64,000 nucleotides of DNA from Tubulanus polymorphus (GCF_964204645.1 NC_134035.1:12990451-13054450), one strand, 5' to 3'; shown: positions 47,601 to 61,093, counted from the first letter of the stretch. The notes: generated from the sequence alone by a model not told the origin. Numbers and translations are program-made.

Positions 47601-50278
47601 AATTAGAAATACCAATTGAGACTAGAGACTAGAAGCGTATTCAGTATTGTGACGATTTATTCAGATGTTGACTTACACCAATCATAGATTGATTTGCAAA
47701 TACAAATTGGGCATGAAAAATATAGATGAATAAGGTATCAAGTAAAAATCCCCCCGGTAAAAATCTCACAAGGTAAAAGTCCGCTCCCCATCCCCCCCCC
47801 ACTGGTCAATTACCTACATTCCTTCAGTAATGTTACGTGGTGAGTTTGATTGTAATTATGTCAGTTTATAGTTTATCCCCAACAGTCTATAATCTGTTGT
47901 ATCAAAACTATATTAAACATTATGTATTTTTGGTTGTATTCATATTTCAGGCGTTTGATAAAGGCGATTATTTCCCGATTTTTGGTATTTGTCTCGGATT
48001 TGAATTTTTGAACACAGTTGTCGCCGAGAAGGATCCTCTTTCTGCTTGTGATTCAGTGAAATTCTTGGATCCGTTTCGTCCGATAAAAGGTTTGTTAAAA
48101 CGCGTTTTATTGTCCATGGTTTTATCTTCATCCAACGTTCTCGTATGATTATACTATCAGATATATAACAGATTATACTATCTTTTCATAAGATTACAAT
48201 GCATTGAATTACAAAATCTGCAAATGAAGACAGCTGCTAAAAGGGTTGTTAAAGATAACCGGTGGATGAATACCATAGTAGTAACAATGTCGTCAACTAT
48301 CCACTGGTTAGCTTTAACCAATTTTTAAGCAACTGGCCCCTGCACACTTGAATGGTCACAGCTCGCTGGTCACCTAACAGCTGGGTTATCACAATGGTCA
48401 CCTCACTGACCAGACAAACCTTCAAGCCCCTACAATCACGAGATCTCAATGGCCTAGTGGTTACAATGCTAGCCTGGCTCGGTGCATGTCTGAGGTTCGA
48501 GTCCTGCTAGGGTTAGGGTTAATATAGTTACACTTTTGCTGGTGTGAGGATTGGCGGTAAGAAATTCGTCGGTATCTGTTTCGTATAGATTTCCAGGCTT
48601 CATTTTTGCCTCCCCTGCACCTGCTGGTAACATTCTTTTGAATTTATAGATTTCAGGGAGTCGCGAATATTTGAAAATATGCCGCGAAGTGTGATCAGTA
48701 CATTAGTGAAACGAAACGCTACAGCACATTATCACCACGATTGTGTGGCCACAGATGTAAGGACATGAAATCATCAATTCTAATACGAGCAAAAATCCAC
48801 CAATCAGAAGATTATTACGGTTGTAAATAGTTGAAACTATACATTCGCAACGAAATTTTCAAATAAACTCTGAAGATTGATGGTCGGAATCTGCCCAAAA
48901 CATTAGAAAAAAACAATAACGGTTGCTTAAATCGATATCATTGTGGGTTTTTCTTAACGATATTATTATTGTTATTATGGTTCTGAAGTTTTTGTTCTAA
49001 TGATCGTGGATTTTTACTTGTATTACCAGCAAGACTGCGCTATTGAAATATGTCGTTGCAATTCTTACAACGACCTTTAAAAATCGTTCTCGTCGTTGTT
49101 ACGAATCGTCATTAATTTTAATTGTCTTAATAGGATTTTATAAAGGATAAAAAACTCATGGATTTCTATCGAGTGGTTTCCACGAATCAAGACAGAAACG
49201 GAAAATCATTCATATCGACCATCGAGGGTAAGACACCTTCCAGAAAAATATTTTTCTCTCGGCATTAAGTAATATTAATAGTTTTGATATATTTCTAGCT
49301 TATGACTACCCGTTCTACGGGTTCCAGTGGCATCCGGAGAAATACGGCTATCACCTGAACATCCACTCGCTTGTACCGCACGATCACGCCGCTCTCGAAG
49401 TAGGAATGAAATTTGCCAATTTCTTTTTCAACGAAAGTACGTTTACAATTTCACATTACCCACGAAGTTTTTAGCGCGTTCCGAGTTTTCGTACGGGTTG
49501 GATTTGAGTTGACTCAATAACTAGAGTCTGAAATGAACTACAGTCAACCCCCGATATACCGCGGGCCCACATCGGTGCAGAACGATTTTGGCGGTATAGA
49601 GAGTATGGCGGTATATCGGGGTGTTTTACTATGTATTTGTATAGAGATGTACATCGACATAACCTGGCGGTAGGCGGGGTGCGGTATGTGAGATGGCGAT
49701 CGGGGGTTGACTGTAATCTAATTCTTCGCCCCTTACCTTGAGTTTGAGTGTCTTTGGGAGGAGGGCCAGAGAAACCCGAAAAAAGGTATTTCTGTTAAAT
49801 ACATGTATGATGACAATACAATAGTCGGGCACCATCCAGAGTCTAACCTCTACCACCGAGTCCTCAATCAGGGTCTGGTGACAGTCTCACGAAAATTGAT
49901 TTTTTTTTCATCAGAAAGAAACGTTGTAGATCAGTAATGGATGACAATATCTACGATATAGCGATAAGAGCAAAAATCCCACAATAGATCAATCAATAGC
50001 TGAAAAGATTAAAACGTTTGAAATATTTTGGATGGTTGCATATCACCCTCAGTCAGAAAGGAACATGTTTTAGTGTGGATTTAATGTTCTCTCTCGAACA
50101 AAACTCTAATTGTTTTTCAGCAATGAAAAGTGGACACCGGTTTCCGATGCCCGATGTTTTGTCAGCTTTGATGATTGATCGAATAAATCCAGTATATTTC
50201 GGGTCGCCGTCATTTCGTTCTGCGTGGCTGTTCAATGATTATCCAGACGTTAAAAACAATGCTAACAACAGACTTTAA
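44690..50278 (+). CDS. GGH: Gamma-glutamyl hydrolase (peptidase C26). Exons: 44690-44840, 45732-45846, 46572-46622, 47353-47437, 47951-48089, 48650-48756, 49134-49227, 49299-49436, 50121-50278
   Basis: Signal peptide, PVIGIMAQE, RVVPI, LNGLLLPGG, GDYFPIFGICLGFE (nucleophile Cys), FISTIEAYDYPFYGFQWHPEK (catalytic His), FANFF.E..KSGHRF; start could be 44690 or 44720. Confidence 0.93.
45436..45479 (+). ncRNA. Minimal type I hammerhead ribozyme motif in a Penelope-like terminal fragment (45404-45590)
   Basis: AACAC-CUGACGA-U-GAUCUC(uagggu)GAGAUC-GAAA-C-GUU-GUGUU: stem I, core, stem II, GAAA, palindromic ACGU in place of stem III, NUH site. Confidence 0.7.
45915..46302. repeat. 44-bp tandem array (about 8 copies) built from a MITE terminal sequence
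   Basis: gagttaactctaactcacaactgtggaactggatcctgagttca repeated; matches the right TIR of the 37028 family. Confidence 0.9.
47048..47230. repeat. 27-bp GC-rich minisatellite, about 6.5 copies, in GGH intron 3
   Basis: gccccggctagaatccagcgcaacacc repeated. Confidence 0.95.
48442..48521 (+). mobile_element. tRNA-like Pol III head followed by TTAGGG-like tail
   Basis: A box TGGCCTAGTGG, B box GGTTCGAGTCC, then ctagggttagggtt. Confidence 0.55.
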
Positions 50279-51575
50279 AAAAACGGATAAACCTTACATA
50301 TACATGTTTGACAAGATCCCGGCGCTACTTAGCTAAACTCGATATTCTAATTTTGTTCATACAAAAGTCCGAATAAACTTTTGAATTTTTGAATTTTTAG
50401 TCTTATATTCTGCTTTTATAATTTTTGGAATTGCCTCGGTTTTTCTATTGAGATTATAATACATTCAAAGTCTGTAATAACGCTGTCATCCTTTCCACTG
50501 CTTACATATATCAACATTTTTCAGAGAAGAGATTTAATTGGCCGATCTAATACAAATTCAATGAAAATAGTATTATGACGCCAGTTTCGTTTTAACGCCG
50601 GATGTTTTTCAATGGTTCGAACAGTGGCATCATAACCGGCCTTTAACTGTATTTCATTTGGATTTTTGCGGGGTCCGGCCCGGTGTTAAATCCGCTCGAA
50701 TCCTCCGTGTAAAACCATCAGCTGATTACATGCAATTTCTTTAAGAGGTAGAATTAAGATCTCGACCAAAACTCGAAACTATTTTTGTTCTATAATTTGA
50801 GAACAAGAATGAAGAGTAATGGAAAATGAACAGCATTCAACAGCAGTGCCGTTCAAAAGGACTGGGCTCCGCGCGTAACCGGCTCACAGGCCGCGAAACA
50901 GGTATCCTCGGTAACGTAGGTATCGCAGGGGGTAACCTGAAGGCTCGCAGGTCGTGAGCAGGTGACGTATTAAGACCGAATTCGGCGAGGGCAATTTCAA
51001 TAGATTATGCGAGATATCTAAAAAAAATTGATCCCAGACGAAAAATAGACATTCTAAATCATTATCATCACCGAGCTTAGTAAAACGTAGAACATATATT
51101 ACTCAATAGGTTAACTAGTTAACAACAGTATTTAACTAATACGTAGGACACTAACTAGAGAAAACTGCAGTAGTGAGAGCAGGTATCTGCAGCCTAAAAA
51201 TCAAGGAAATTATGTGGATCAATGACCTAGGCTTCATCGAGAAAGAGTGAAAAAACTGCTGGTTAAAAGTCACGCTTTTGAATAGTGTTGTCATTTAGTT
51301 TTGATCAAACTTTTTAAAGTTTTTAAAAGTTTTAACCTTAAGAGTACCAACTCGGCATATACCTTACAATAAATACGAATACTTATTGGTTGGCTGCCGA
51401 AGATACGAAGAAAGATTAGAAAGAAAGAAAGGGCGTCACTCCGCACTTTTGGAATGCACCATGGATACAGTCCTGTAGAATGTCCAGTCCTTATTTTCTA
51501 GCCATCCTGAAGCCATCTCCGCAATACAATCTGAAACATTAAAAAGAATAAAATACATGGCCAAACCAGAATGAT

Positions 51576-51647
51576 TGATCTCAGCCGGGTTCGACACTGC
51601 GACCGGTAAGTCTTCAGACGAGCACTCTAACCACTGGACCATAGACC
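51576..51647 (-). pseudogene. tRNA-like pseudogene or SINE head (CTGAAGA, Phe-like loop)
   Basis: Reverse strand GGTCTATGGTCCAGTGGTTAGAGTG...CTGAAGA...GTGTCGAACCCGG; stems poorly paired. Confidence 0.55.
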
Positions 51648-51885
51648 CGTGGTAGTCGCAGGGGATTTGAAGTTTGGTTTTCAGTACGCAACTTTGTATG
51701 TGTTTGCGATTTTCAGAATACATCGCCAACAGTTTTTCAAACCGATGAAAACATACAGCTAGTGGGGTTAACTGAGGACACATCATGATGATAATTAATT
51801 GTATTTAATTCGTCGATTTGGTCGAAATAATTTGGGTGGCGTTAATCGGGTTCGAATCCCATCAGAACATTTTGATTTTCTACAC

Positions 51886-51991
51886 TTGGCGGGAATATCA
51901 GCACTTTTCATTGGTCAGGATAATGACGTCACGCTGTCGGTATAAAAACCCAGGTCAGCTGATCCCTCCTTCCAGTTCGGCCATTTTGCAG
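51886..51991 (+). promoter_or_regulatory. TATA promoter and short non-coding first exon of the orphan gene
   Basis: TTGGCGGGAA (E2F-like) about 51886, ATTGG 51910, TGACGTCA 51924, TATAAAA 51941, Inr-like CCAGTT about 51972, donor CAG|GTAAGC at 51991/51992. Confidence 0.65.
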
Positions 51992-52710
51992 GTAAGCAAA
52001 GATTCATTTTTTCTATCAGGTTTTAAAAGTAAATTTATATAACTATACCTAAAATATTTCTTGTACCATTTACGTTAGGTAATTTCCGAAAATAAGTTCC
52101 GAAAGGACAAATTATAAAATAGGTGCGAAATGTGTGTAAATTTGGTTATTTTACTAATTAAAAGCACTTTCCGTGTTACTCTTAAAATTTTTGAAGAATT
52201 CGCAATTTCCATGACATTGATTTTCAATATAGATAGCCATAATTAAGAAATTATATGCAATTTCATTGTTTAAAGCATCTGTAAAAGTTAAGTAAATTTT
52301 CTGCTGTTCATTTACTCTACGCGGTAAAGCGGCTCGTTGACATGCCTAGGTGTAATACACAGACAGCTCAGTCTATTCAACCATGACTCGAATCTATAGA
52401 AACCTTTCATTCGAAGCGTCGTTCAACTTAATCCTGCTGGCTTCTATATCTATTATTAAGAAAATAATGATAAAATAATTTAATGTTAATTATTATTATT
52501 ACTTAATAGAAACTCGATTTAGCTATTTCTTAGAATCAATAATTTTCGATTTTCTTGATTTTTATAAGATTGTTTTTACATTGCAGTAGCAGCAGCAGCA
52601 TCAACAGCAGCAGTTAAAAAAGCAACAGTTATAAAAGTAACAGCAGCAGTACAACGACAACTACAACAATTACAAGTTCAACAATTAAAACTTGAACTTC
52701 AACTTTGAAT

Positions 52711-55700
52711 ATGTCTACAAAATATGACCTTTTTTCGGGACTGTTAAAGCTGGTACGCGCCGAGGTGCTGACGCTCGACCCTGAAACCCTCGGCGCGTTT
52801 TTTGATTTGAGTAAGTACAAAGTCTACTTCATCAATCTCAATCTGGGGTATCTCAAATTCTCGATTATTTTTGATGAACATCTCAAATTATTTGATTTCC
52901 AACATCCGAAATTATTTGATCTCAAATTCACAATCACAATTATTTTATCTAAATCTCCTTTTTATCTAAATATCCTAAATCTCAAATTGTCTAAATCTCA
53001 ATTATTTCGAATATCATCAATTAAAAAATCTAATATCATCTAATTTCAATTTCTTTCAATTCTCTTTTTAATTTTGGAAAACTCAATTTATGTCACACTG
53101 ATAAAATTAGGAAATCTATTTTGAACATATCATTTTATGTTTCTAGTCTCTTATTCTATTTCAAATTACTCAATATTGTTCGAGTATAATTTTTTCATTT
53201 TGACGAATGATGCAATTCTGTCACCACCCTTAAACTCGATTGAATTTGGTAACAAATCTAATGGTGAATAAATTTTGAATTGAATTGAATAGTGAGTAGA
53301 GGCTCTGGTGGATGAGAATTAACTTGAGGAAGTAACCTCATTTCCTGGTTCCTGGTTTCGGTTTCAAATATCGTCGAAATTGTGATATATTCCTCATGTT
53401 ATTCATGTGAATGCTGTATCCAGTCAATAGAGATAAGTTACAACATAAATAGATAAAACTGTCTAGGCCTCCAGACCAATGCACTTCATAGAAAATCCTG
53501 ATTTACGTTCGATAAATCAAGTAATTGGACTGCGCAGTTCAGTCCATTTACTATTTAGTCAGTAAGCAGACTTCAGTTTAGTCCATATTTTAATCAGTAA
53601 CTGGACTGGCCAGGTTTAGTCCATAGTGTATTTAGTCAATAACTGGACTGCGATGTAGTCCATAGTTAAGTCAATAACTGGACTGCGGTTAGGTCCATAT
53701 TTTAGTCGATACCTGGACTGCGGTTTAGTCCATAGTTTAGTCAATAACTGAACTGCAGTTTAGTCCATAGTTAAGTCAATAACTGGACTGCGGTTTAGTC
53801 CATAGTTTAGTCAATAACTGGACTGCGGTTTAGTCCATAGTTTAGTCAATAACTGGACTGCGGTTTAGTCCATAGTTTAGTCAATAACTGGACTGCGGTT
53901 TAGTCCATAGTTTAGTCAATAACTGGACTGCAGTTTAGTTGATAGTTAAGTCAGGAACCGGATAGCTGTTTTGTCCGTATCCAGATACCCATCACATTAT
54001 GGGACCAACATTTTAGAAACCGCTGAAAAGTAGCACTAGTATTTACGGTACTTTTGTTTTTCTCTGCGACTCCAGGATCCGAAAACATGTGATTTTCTTT
54101 TTTATTAATCATTCGTCAATCGTCAGGAAATTCAGGATCACTATTTTTGATTTATTGGTTAAACTTTGTTCTTTGTATCTCTAGGTAGTTTCTCACGACA
54201 GTTTGAGATCCCGAGATTATGGCGGGAAGGAGGTACCTCGCAACTGCTATCATTTCGGCTAACTATTCTAAAGCCACACCCACTCAATGTTTATACTAGA
54301 TCTAAACTACAGATATGATGTTTGATACGAATGTCGTACTATAGCTCGGCTCATAGTCCGAATCTTCATCGTCTAATTGTTGGCAAATCCTAGATATTGT
54401 GGCCTTGCGGCAAATACAGTTTACACACGATTTATTTCTAACGGATTCATTATTACGGTCAATGGTTGGTGCCTCGTTAGGTACTGAGTCTTATACAGTG
54501 AGTTTACTCAGTATCGGGACCACAGTTTACTCAGTATCGGGACCACAGTTTACTCAGTATCGGGACCACAGTTTACTCAGTATCGGGACCACAGTTTACT
54601 CAGTATCGGGACCACAGTTTACTCAGTATCGGGATCACAGTTTACTCAGTATCGGGGTCACAGTTTAGTCAGTATCGGGACCGCAGTTTATTCAGTATTG
54701 GGATCACAGTTTACTCAGAATCGGGATCACAGTTTACTCAGTATCGGGATCACAGTTTAGTCAGTATCGGGACCACAGTTTAGTCAGTATCGGTACCACA
54801 GTTTAGTCAGAATCGGGACCACAGTTTAGTTAGTATCGGTACCACTGTTTAGTTAGTATCAGTACCACAGTTTACTCAGTATCGGGACCACAGTTTAGTC
54901 AGTATCCGGACCACAGTTTAGTCAGTATCGGGACCACAGTTTAGTCAGTATCAGGACCACAGTTTAGTCAGTATCCGGACCACAGTTTAGTCAGTATCAG
55001 GACCATAGTTTAGTCAGTATCGGGACCACAGTTTAGTCAGCATCGGAACTGTGATTCATTTCGTTCTGAGACCAGATTTTATCAAATTTCCGATAGGCCG
55101 ATAATTCAGATAGGCCTACCCTTTGACTTCATGTTTTTTTTCAGAATTCTTTTATTTTCTTAAAGCCATGAAATGTATTTCCTCTACCGTTATCCAGGCC
55201 TGACATTTATCTAGGTCTATCCTGTTTTACACCTTAAAAGTTCGACGGCAACATTTCATATTGTTTTTTCTGTAAATGGCTGCAGCTGTATTCATAGTGA
55301 ATTATTCCACTGAATAATTCTATACTTGAAGGGTAAGTAGTGATTATTTGAAATACTTAATGAATGCATGTGATATAATAGGCCTAAATTCTAAATATCG
55401 TTTATTGTTCGCTGTTAAATGATGTTTGATTTTTATAGATAAAAATCTTATTGTAATTTGTAGTGAATGGATTTGATTGTATGAAGTTGCAGCAGCAGAC
55501 AGTGTTGTGTGAAATGGTTTTTACCCCTGATGGTTGTTTCTGAAGGTACAGTAGTGGACAGCGTCGAGTGAAATGGATCTTACCCCGACGGTTGTTTCTG
55601 AAAATAAAAGTTGAAGATTTTTGATTGATGAGAATACAGAAAATACAGAAGAAATTTGAATGCAATTTTTTGTGTCCTTTTTCTGTTTGTCATGAAATAA

Positions 55701-58700
55701 AAATGAACTAGACTTACTTAGCAAAAACCATATAGGGAAATGTGCAGTACTCGAAGGATATATTGCAATTTTTTCGAACTAAAATTCGGTGAAAATTCAT
55801 TTTACAAAAACATATTTTCAAATGTATCGAATTTTATTGGATTTTTTGCCCTTAATGATACTGTAGACTTCACTTAAACTGGTAGACGGTCTATATCTAG
55901 TATAATCTGTTCAATTCGATGAAATAAAGATGAAATGTTGTTTTTCAATACATATGTTTTGCCTTTTCTGGTATTGCTCTGTTCGATGATAATAATGATA
56001 ATAATAGTATATGTCTAATATAGCCCTAAAACCAGCAGCTGCTCAGAGCGCTTCACATTTTCTGTTTTATTGCCCCAGCCATTTAATAGTCTCCTGGGGT
56101 GAGGTAACATTCGAACAGCTGCTAGGCGCTCGGGGGTCATCTATCGGGCCAGGTACCCATTTACTCCTGGGTGAAGAGACGAATGAGGATAAGTGTCTTG
56201 GCGGGGACACAATGGTAATGTACGGGGTTCAAATCCACGATGACCTGGTTTCCCAGAATGCTTCCCGTATCCCGTAAATGTTCACTTCATTTCCGTTTAT
56301 TCTCTGCCTGAACCGGTAAACTGTAATGGCTGTTCGCCTATATTATAGGATACATGTATGTACTATCAACCTTCTATCTCTGTTAGCAAAAATACATAAA
56401 AACATTAGAACATCTTTATGTATTTTTGCTGTTAGTGATTAGGCCTTATGTTCTATGTGTAATTAGAGAAAAACCCTCAGAGTGCCCATCATTGTTATCT
56501 AGAAAGTAGGAAAATCAGTAGAAACTTTGGAGTTCCGTAGAGTGAAAACTGAAAGAGATAGAGCGTTATGGTAATTGAAAAGTTTGTAGGGTATATGATC
56601 CTTGGAAAATTTTGGTGGTAATTTTTCTTACTGAAAGTGACGTCCTATGCAAAAGAGCTAATTTGCATGAATTATAATCGGTGACCTATTTATTTGATAA
56701 GCCCCTAAATTTCAGGTATCAAAATGAACAAATCAGGTATCTAGCCTCAGCTAACAGCTGACAATGGAATATTCTATGTCTACGGTCAGAAATATATATT
56801 TTATGGGTAATTCTAATTAGTAAATGAGCTAATAATTAAATCACGTGACCTCCGGATAAGTACCCGCTACTTTCAAACGCAAAAAACTCAAATATTTTGA
56901 ATAGCATCACCACAAAAACGCGGCATAAAAACAAACTAACGGGCGCTGCCATTTAATCAAGCCATCTAGCGGCAGATTTCTCTGCTGAATTCTATGTGAC
57001 TAAACTGCTATATGAAATGTCGATGAAAGTCGACAGGGCTCTGTACGACCTGAAATGATCTGTAGACAAAAGTCGACTGGGCTCTGAAAGAGTTATAGAA
57101 GAAATTTGGGGATTCACTACATGGTCAGATTGTATAAAATACAAAGAACTTGATAATTTTGACCGCTATTAGGCTCAATAAATCTTTTCATCAATTGATT
57201 TTTGCAATTCTTAAAAGCCGGTGCCTAATAAGGTAGAAAATTGAAGGTGCCAAACTGTAGCAGTTTAGGCGGAGGCTACTGTATGATGAATATCAGCTGA
57301 AATGGCTGTGCATGGAATTTTGTTGATCTGAATAAATGAATGGCTGCTGTACGATGAATTATACATTCTAGGTGAGTTATATAATGAATATGTGGAGTAC
57401 CGATAGGCCTATTGCTGACAATGAATATTCTATTGGGAAAATTGAATTACAGCCATTTATGTTGATAGTGAAATATTGTTCTTCAAAATGAATGTTTTTT
57501 ATTTGTAGTGAGTGTTGTTTCTGAAGGTGCAGTAGTGGGCAGTGTTGTGTGAAATGGCTTTTACTGGTTTTAGATTCAGCGAAGTGAAATTATTTGTGTC
57601 GTTTTTCTGTTTTAATTCATGCTGTAAATAGTTTAAACAATAAAATATTTAAAAAAAACAATCATATTTTTATCTTCATTTTTGAGAAAATTCAGTAGAA
57701 AATATACAAATTCTCCCACTTACCGTGGATGGAGTGTGGCACTGTATGCAATGAAAAAGTTTTCTACAAAATAATTGAATACATTTCTGAAGTGTGGACA
57801 CATTTTTCACTCATCCATTTGAAAAGTAATTACTGAATAAAAGGAATTATCGATTAATTTTTTGTTGATACAGCGCGACATTTGTTTTAAATTAGATCTT
57901 TTATCATTTCAAAGTTTCCATTTCAATTGGTTGATAAATGAAAAGTTATCATGCGTGTTATTCCAAAGAGGTTCCCAGATTTTGAAACCAGGGTCATGGG
58001 TAACAATTCCATTGATTATTCATTATAATGTATAGTTTTTGTCACCTGGAACCTGGTACGTCATCACCCCAGAAAAAAAATCAAGTGTATTTTTGATTCA
58101 TGATTATCTACCAAAATTGATTGTCAAGGTAATGGTAGGATGTAATTTATTACAATCAGTATTTCCATTAATGAATTAACAAAAGTGTACCCTTCCACGT
58201 ACAGGGTTGGTTCTGAAATATATCAAGTATATAAGACATGAAAATACCATTATAAAATGTGTATTGGAAGATTCAATTATCAGCCTCACTGATGATATAC
58301 TGTCAACTCATCGTTATTATGTAATGGATGATGCAAATCATGAGAGCAGTTAAAAGTGTAGTTACAACAGCGTTAGTCTACAACCAGTGACATGATCACT
58401 TCTCACAAAATAAGCTTACGATCCCTTCCAAACGTTCAAATGACCCTTCTCACCCCATCACGTCACATTCACCTATTGGATAACTGCATTATTTTATAGG
58501 TTACTATATACAAATATGATAATTATATTCGAACATGTCATTATGTCATTTATGTGTAATATGCATGATCCTTAACGTTTTTTTTTTTCATTTCAGATAT
58601 AGACATCATTGAAAACATCCAACATGACCAGTCTGAAGCAGCCCGCAGAGCACTTCCAGCATTAAAAGATACTTATACAAGGTGTGTATCTCTCTGCGGG

Positions 58701-59480
58701 CCTAAGGAACCAACTCTTCCTGAAATTGTTCCACCTTTTGAGTTGGTTCCTTTGCAGGAGGTGGACCCTGCTTCTCCCGTAAATGTGGAGCAGGAGGTCG
58801 CCCCTGCAGTGGTGACCCCGACAGAGGCGCCACAGCTTCAGACGCCTTCACTGCGTCGGTCGCCCCGTCGAAAGACTAAAGATATAGATTACGCAATAGG
58901 TTCGGGGCGTCCGAAAACAAAAAAAAAAGGCAAACGTGCAGCTCGTCCTCCTCCACCTCCGCAACCAAATTTTGAGGAGGAGAGCAGTGATGAGGAGGAA
59001 TTCGCCACTCCTGGAGCGACACCACCAGGGCCCGCAACTCCACCACCACCACCACCACCACGTACCAGACCACCACCACGTACCAGACCACCAACATCTA
59101 AGTCAACACCAGCATCTACGTCAACACCAGCATCTACGTCAACACCAGCATCTACGTCAACACCAGCATCTACGTCAACACCAGCATCTACGTCAACACC
59201 AGCATCTGCCGGACCACCACCATCAACCGGACCACCACCATCAACATCGACATCGACTGGAAAAAATAGAAATAAGAAGAGAAAATATAATGATAACGAT
59301 AATGCTTCAACATCAGGCGCTCCAGTGGGGGCACCACCTTCCCCCGCTGTCGAGCTGGTGGCGCGCGGCCCTGGGTGGTCAAGAAACATCAACTACCACG
59401 ATCCAATCAAAATGCTCCGCGATGTTGAAGGGGCCTTTAAAGGAAAATACGAATTAGTTAAACGTAGGCGAACAAATTAA
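52711..59480 (+). CDS. Orphan protein, about 327 aa, coding exons 52711-52810 and 58597-59480: helical N-terminus, basic NLS-like patches, Pro/Thr/Ser repeats
   Basis: Phase-1 donor ttga|gtaagt joins acceptor ttttcatttcag|at in frame with ORF 58743-59480, giving MSTKYDLFSGLLKLVRAEVLTLDPETLGAFFDLNIDIIENIQHDQSEAARRALPALKD...; no homologue recognised. Confidence 0.6.
53525..53960. repeat. 35-bp tandem repeat, about 11 copies, decaying at the edges
   Basis: gactgcggtttagtccatagtttagtcaataactg. Confidence 0.95.
54500..55048. repeat. 23-bp tandem repeat, about 23 copies
   Basis: cagtttactcagtatcgggacca / cagtttagtcagtatcgggacca. Confidence 0.97.
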
Positions 59481-59984
59481 AATAACATCAGCCCCTTCAC
59501 TCGCCATCACCCGGGCAACAACATCAGCCCATGCACGTCTGCAGATCGGCACTTCTTGAAACTCAGTTTTCCCTTCCACCTTCGTCGATCTGCAGGTTGC
59601 GCAGTGTTAAATATCTGTCAACACTCCTTGAACCAGTGGGCGTGCAGTCCTCCTTGCTTTTATAAAAAAAATATGAAAATAAAAAACCAGACATCATTGC
59701 ATATAATCATTGCTTTTATGGAGGTTTTACGGTTTCTCCAAAAAAATTTAAAAAATTGAAAAATGATAAAAAAAATTCATTATCATTTCATCCCTTTATT
59801 TACTTTTTGGACAAAAAGAAATATTTGTCCATCATCCCATTCATTTACTTTTTAAATCATTTATTAATTTTTTTTGACTGTACGACCCACTGTGTTCCAC
59901 TCCATTTTAACCCCCATTTTTGCATTAACTCTTACCTTATTAACTAAGGTTCATTGTGCTTCTCACAATGCTGAAGCATTAACC

Positions 59985-60225
59985 CTTCTTGGCGCTACTT
60001 TGCAGCAGTAGCCATCTATACCACCTAATTGTGGCAGTAGCCTTCTTATGAGTCATCAATTCTAATACCATGGTCGACCTTTTCAAATATCTTTCGGGAT
60101 ATAAACCATCCTTGCCACTACTTTGCAGCAATAACCATCCATACCACCTGATTGTGGCAGTAGCCTTCTTAGGAGTCATCTATTCTAATTCTATGGTCAG
60201 CCGTTGTAAATCTCTTTCGAGATAT
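59985..60225. repeat. Tandem duplication of about 123 bp
   Basis: ctactttgcagca.tagccatc.ataccacct.attgtggcagtagccttctta.gagtcatc.attctaat occurs twice. Confidence 0.85.
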
Positions 60226-61093
60226 GCAGGGAATCAATTCCTACAATAACTCCTATGGAGTTTGAAAAAAAGTGGATTTTTCAAATCAAAAGGAACTGTT
60301 ATGTGATTCTTTATCGAACTTTATCGAAACATGGAGAAGGAATAGCTATGTTTCACACATAATGCGTTTCCTTATGAAGCTGAAAATAACGTGGAGAAGG
60401 AACAGCTATGTTTCACATAATGCGATTCCTTAGGAAATTTCATTGAAACAGATTTTTCAATGTTCCATGTTGCCCCCTCCCCCAAATACTATGACGTCTA
60501 TACGTCAAGTGCTAAACCATTATATCGTTATTAACATATTTGTTTTTCTAATTACAGAATTAAAGATTAATTTAATATGACATGAAAACTTGAATGATTG
60601 AAATGTTAATATCTAATGCTCAACAACGGAGGGAAATCCTTCACATGTGATCGGAGGGATTTAAAATGTTTACTCATAAGGAAAAGGGATATATATTTAT
60701 ATACGTGAGATTGCCCGGATTAAAAATTGCGCAAGAAAGGAAACCACAGCAAAGACTACGGTAATCAATTTCATTACATTTCTAAGGTGTGAAACCATCA
60801 CCATCTGGATCGGTGATCAATGCATGAATGCATGAGTTCATAATTGAACATAGGTTATAATAGAAAAAAAGCTAAGATCTGCAAAAATGCAATGATTAAG
60901 AATCTCTGATAAAGAAAGTATAAAATAAAGATCTTGGATTGGAAAATTCGTTGTTATCACATCAGTGATCGGGTTTTATTGATTGATATTGATCTCTACT
61001 GATTCTAACGATCACCAGGATCAAGGGTTGAGTTCAAAATTCTTGTTAATAATTAGTCTTAATTAATCTCTTGTTGAAATCAATAAGGCATAT

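Noticed and set aside
51576-51647. Functional tRNA-Phe (also functional tRNA-Glu at 31581-31652)
   Set aside because: Acceptor and anticodon stems do not pair properly; treated as pseudogene or SINE heads
58936-59457. His/Gln-rich (HQHLRQ)n ORF
   Set aside because: Alternative frame of the 18-bp and CCA repeats; the Pro/Thr frame is the one open to the splice acceptor
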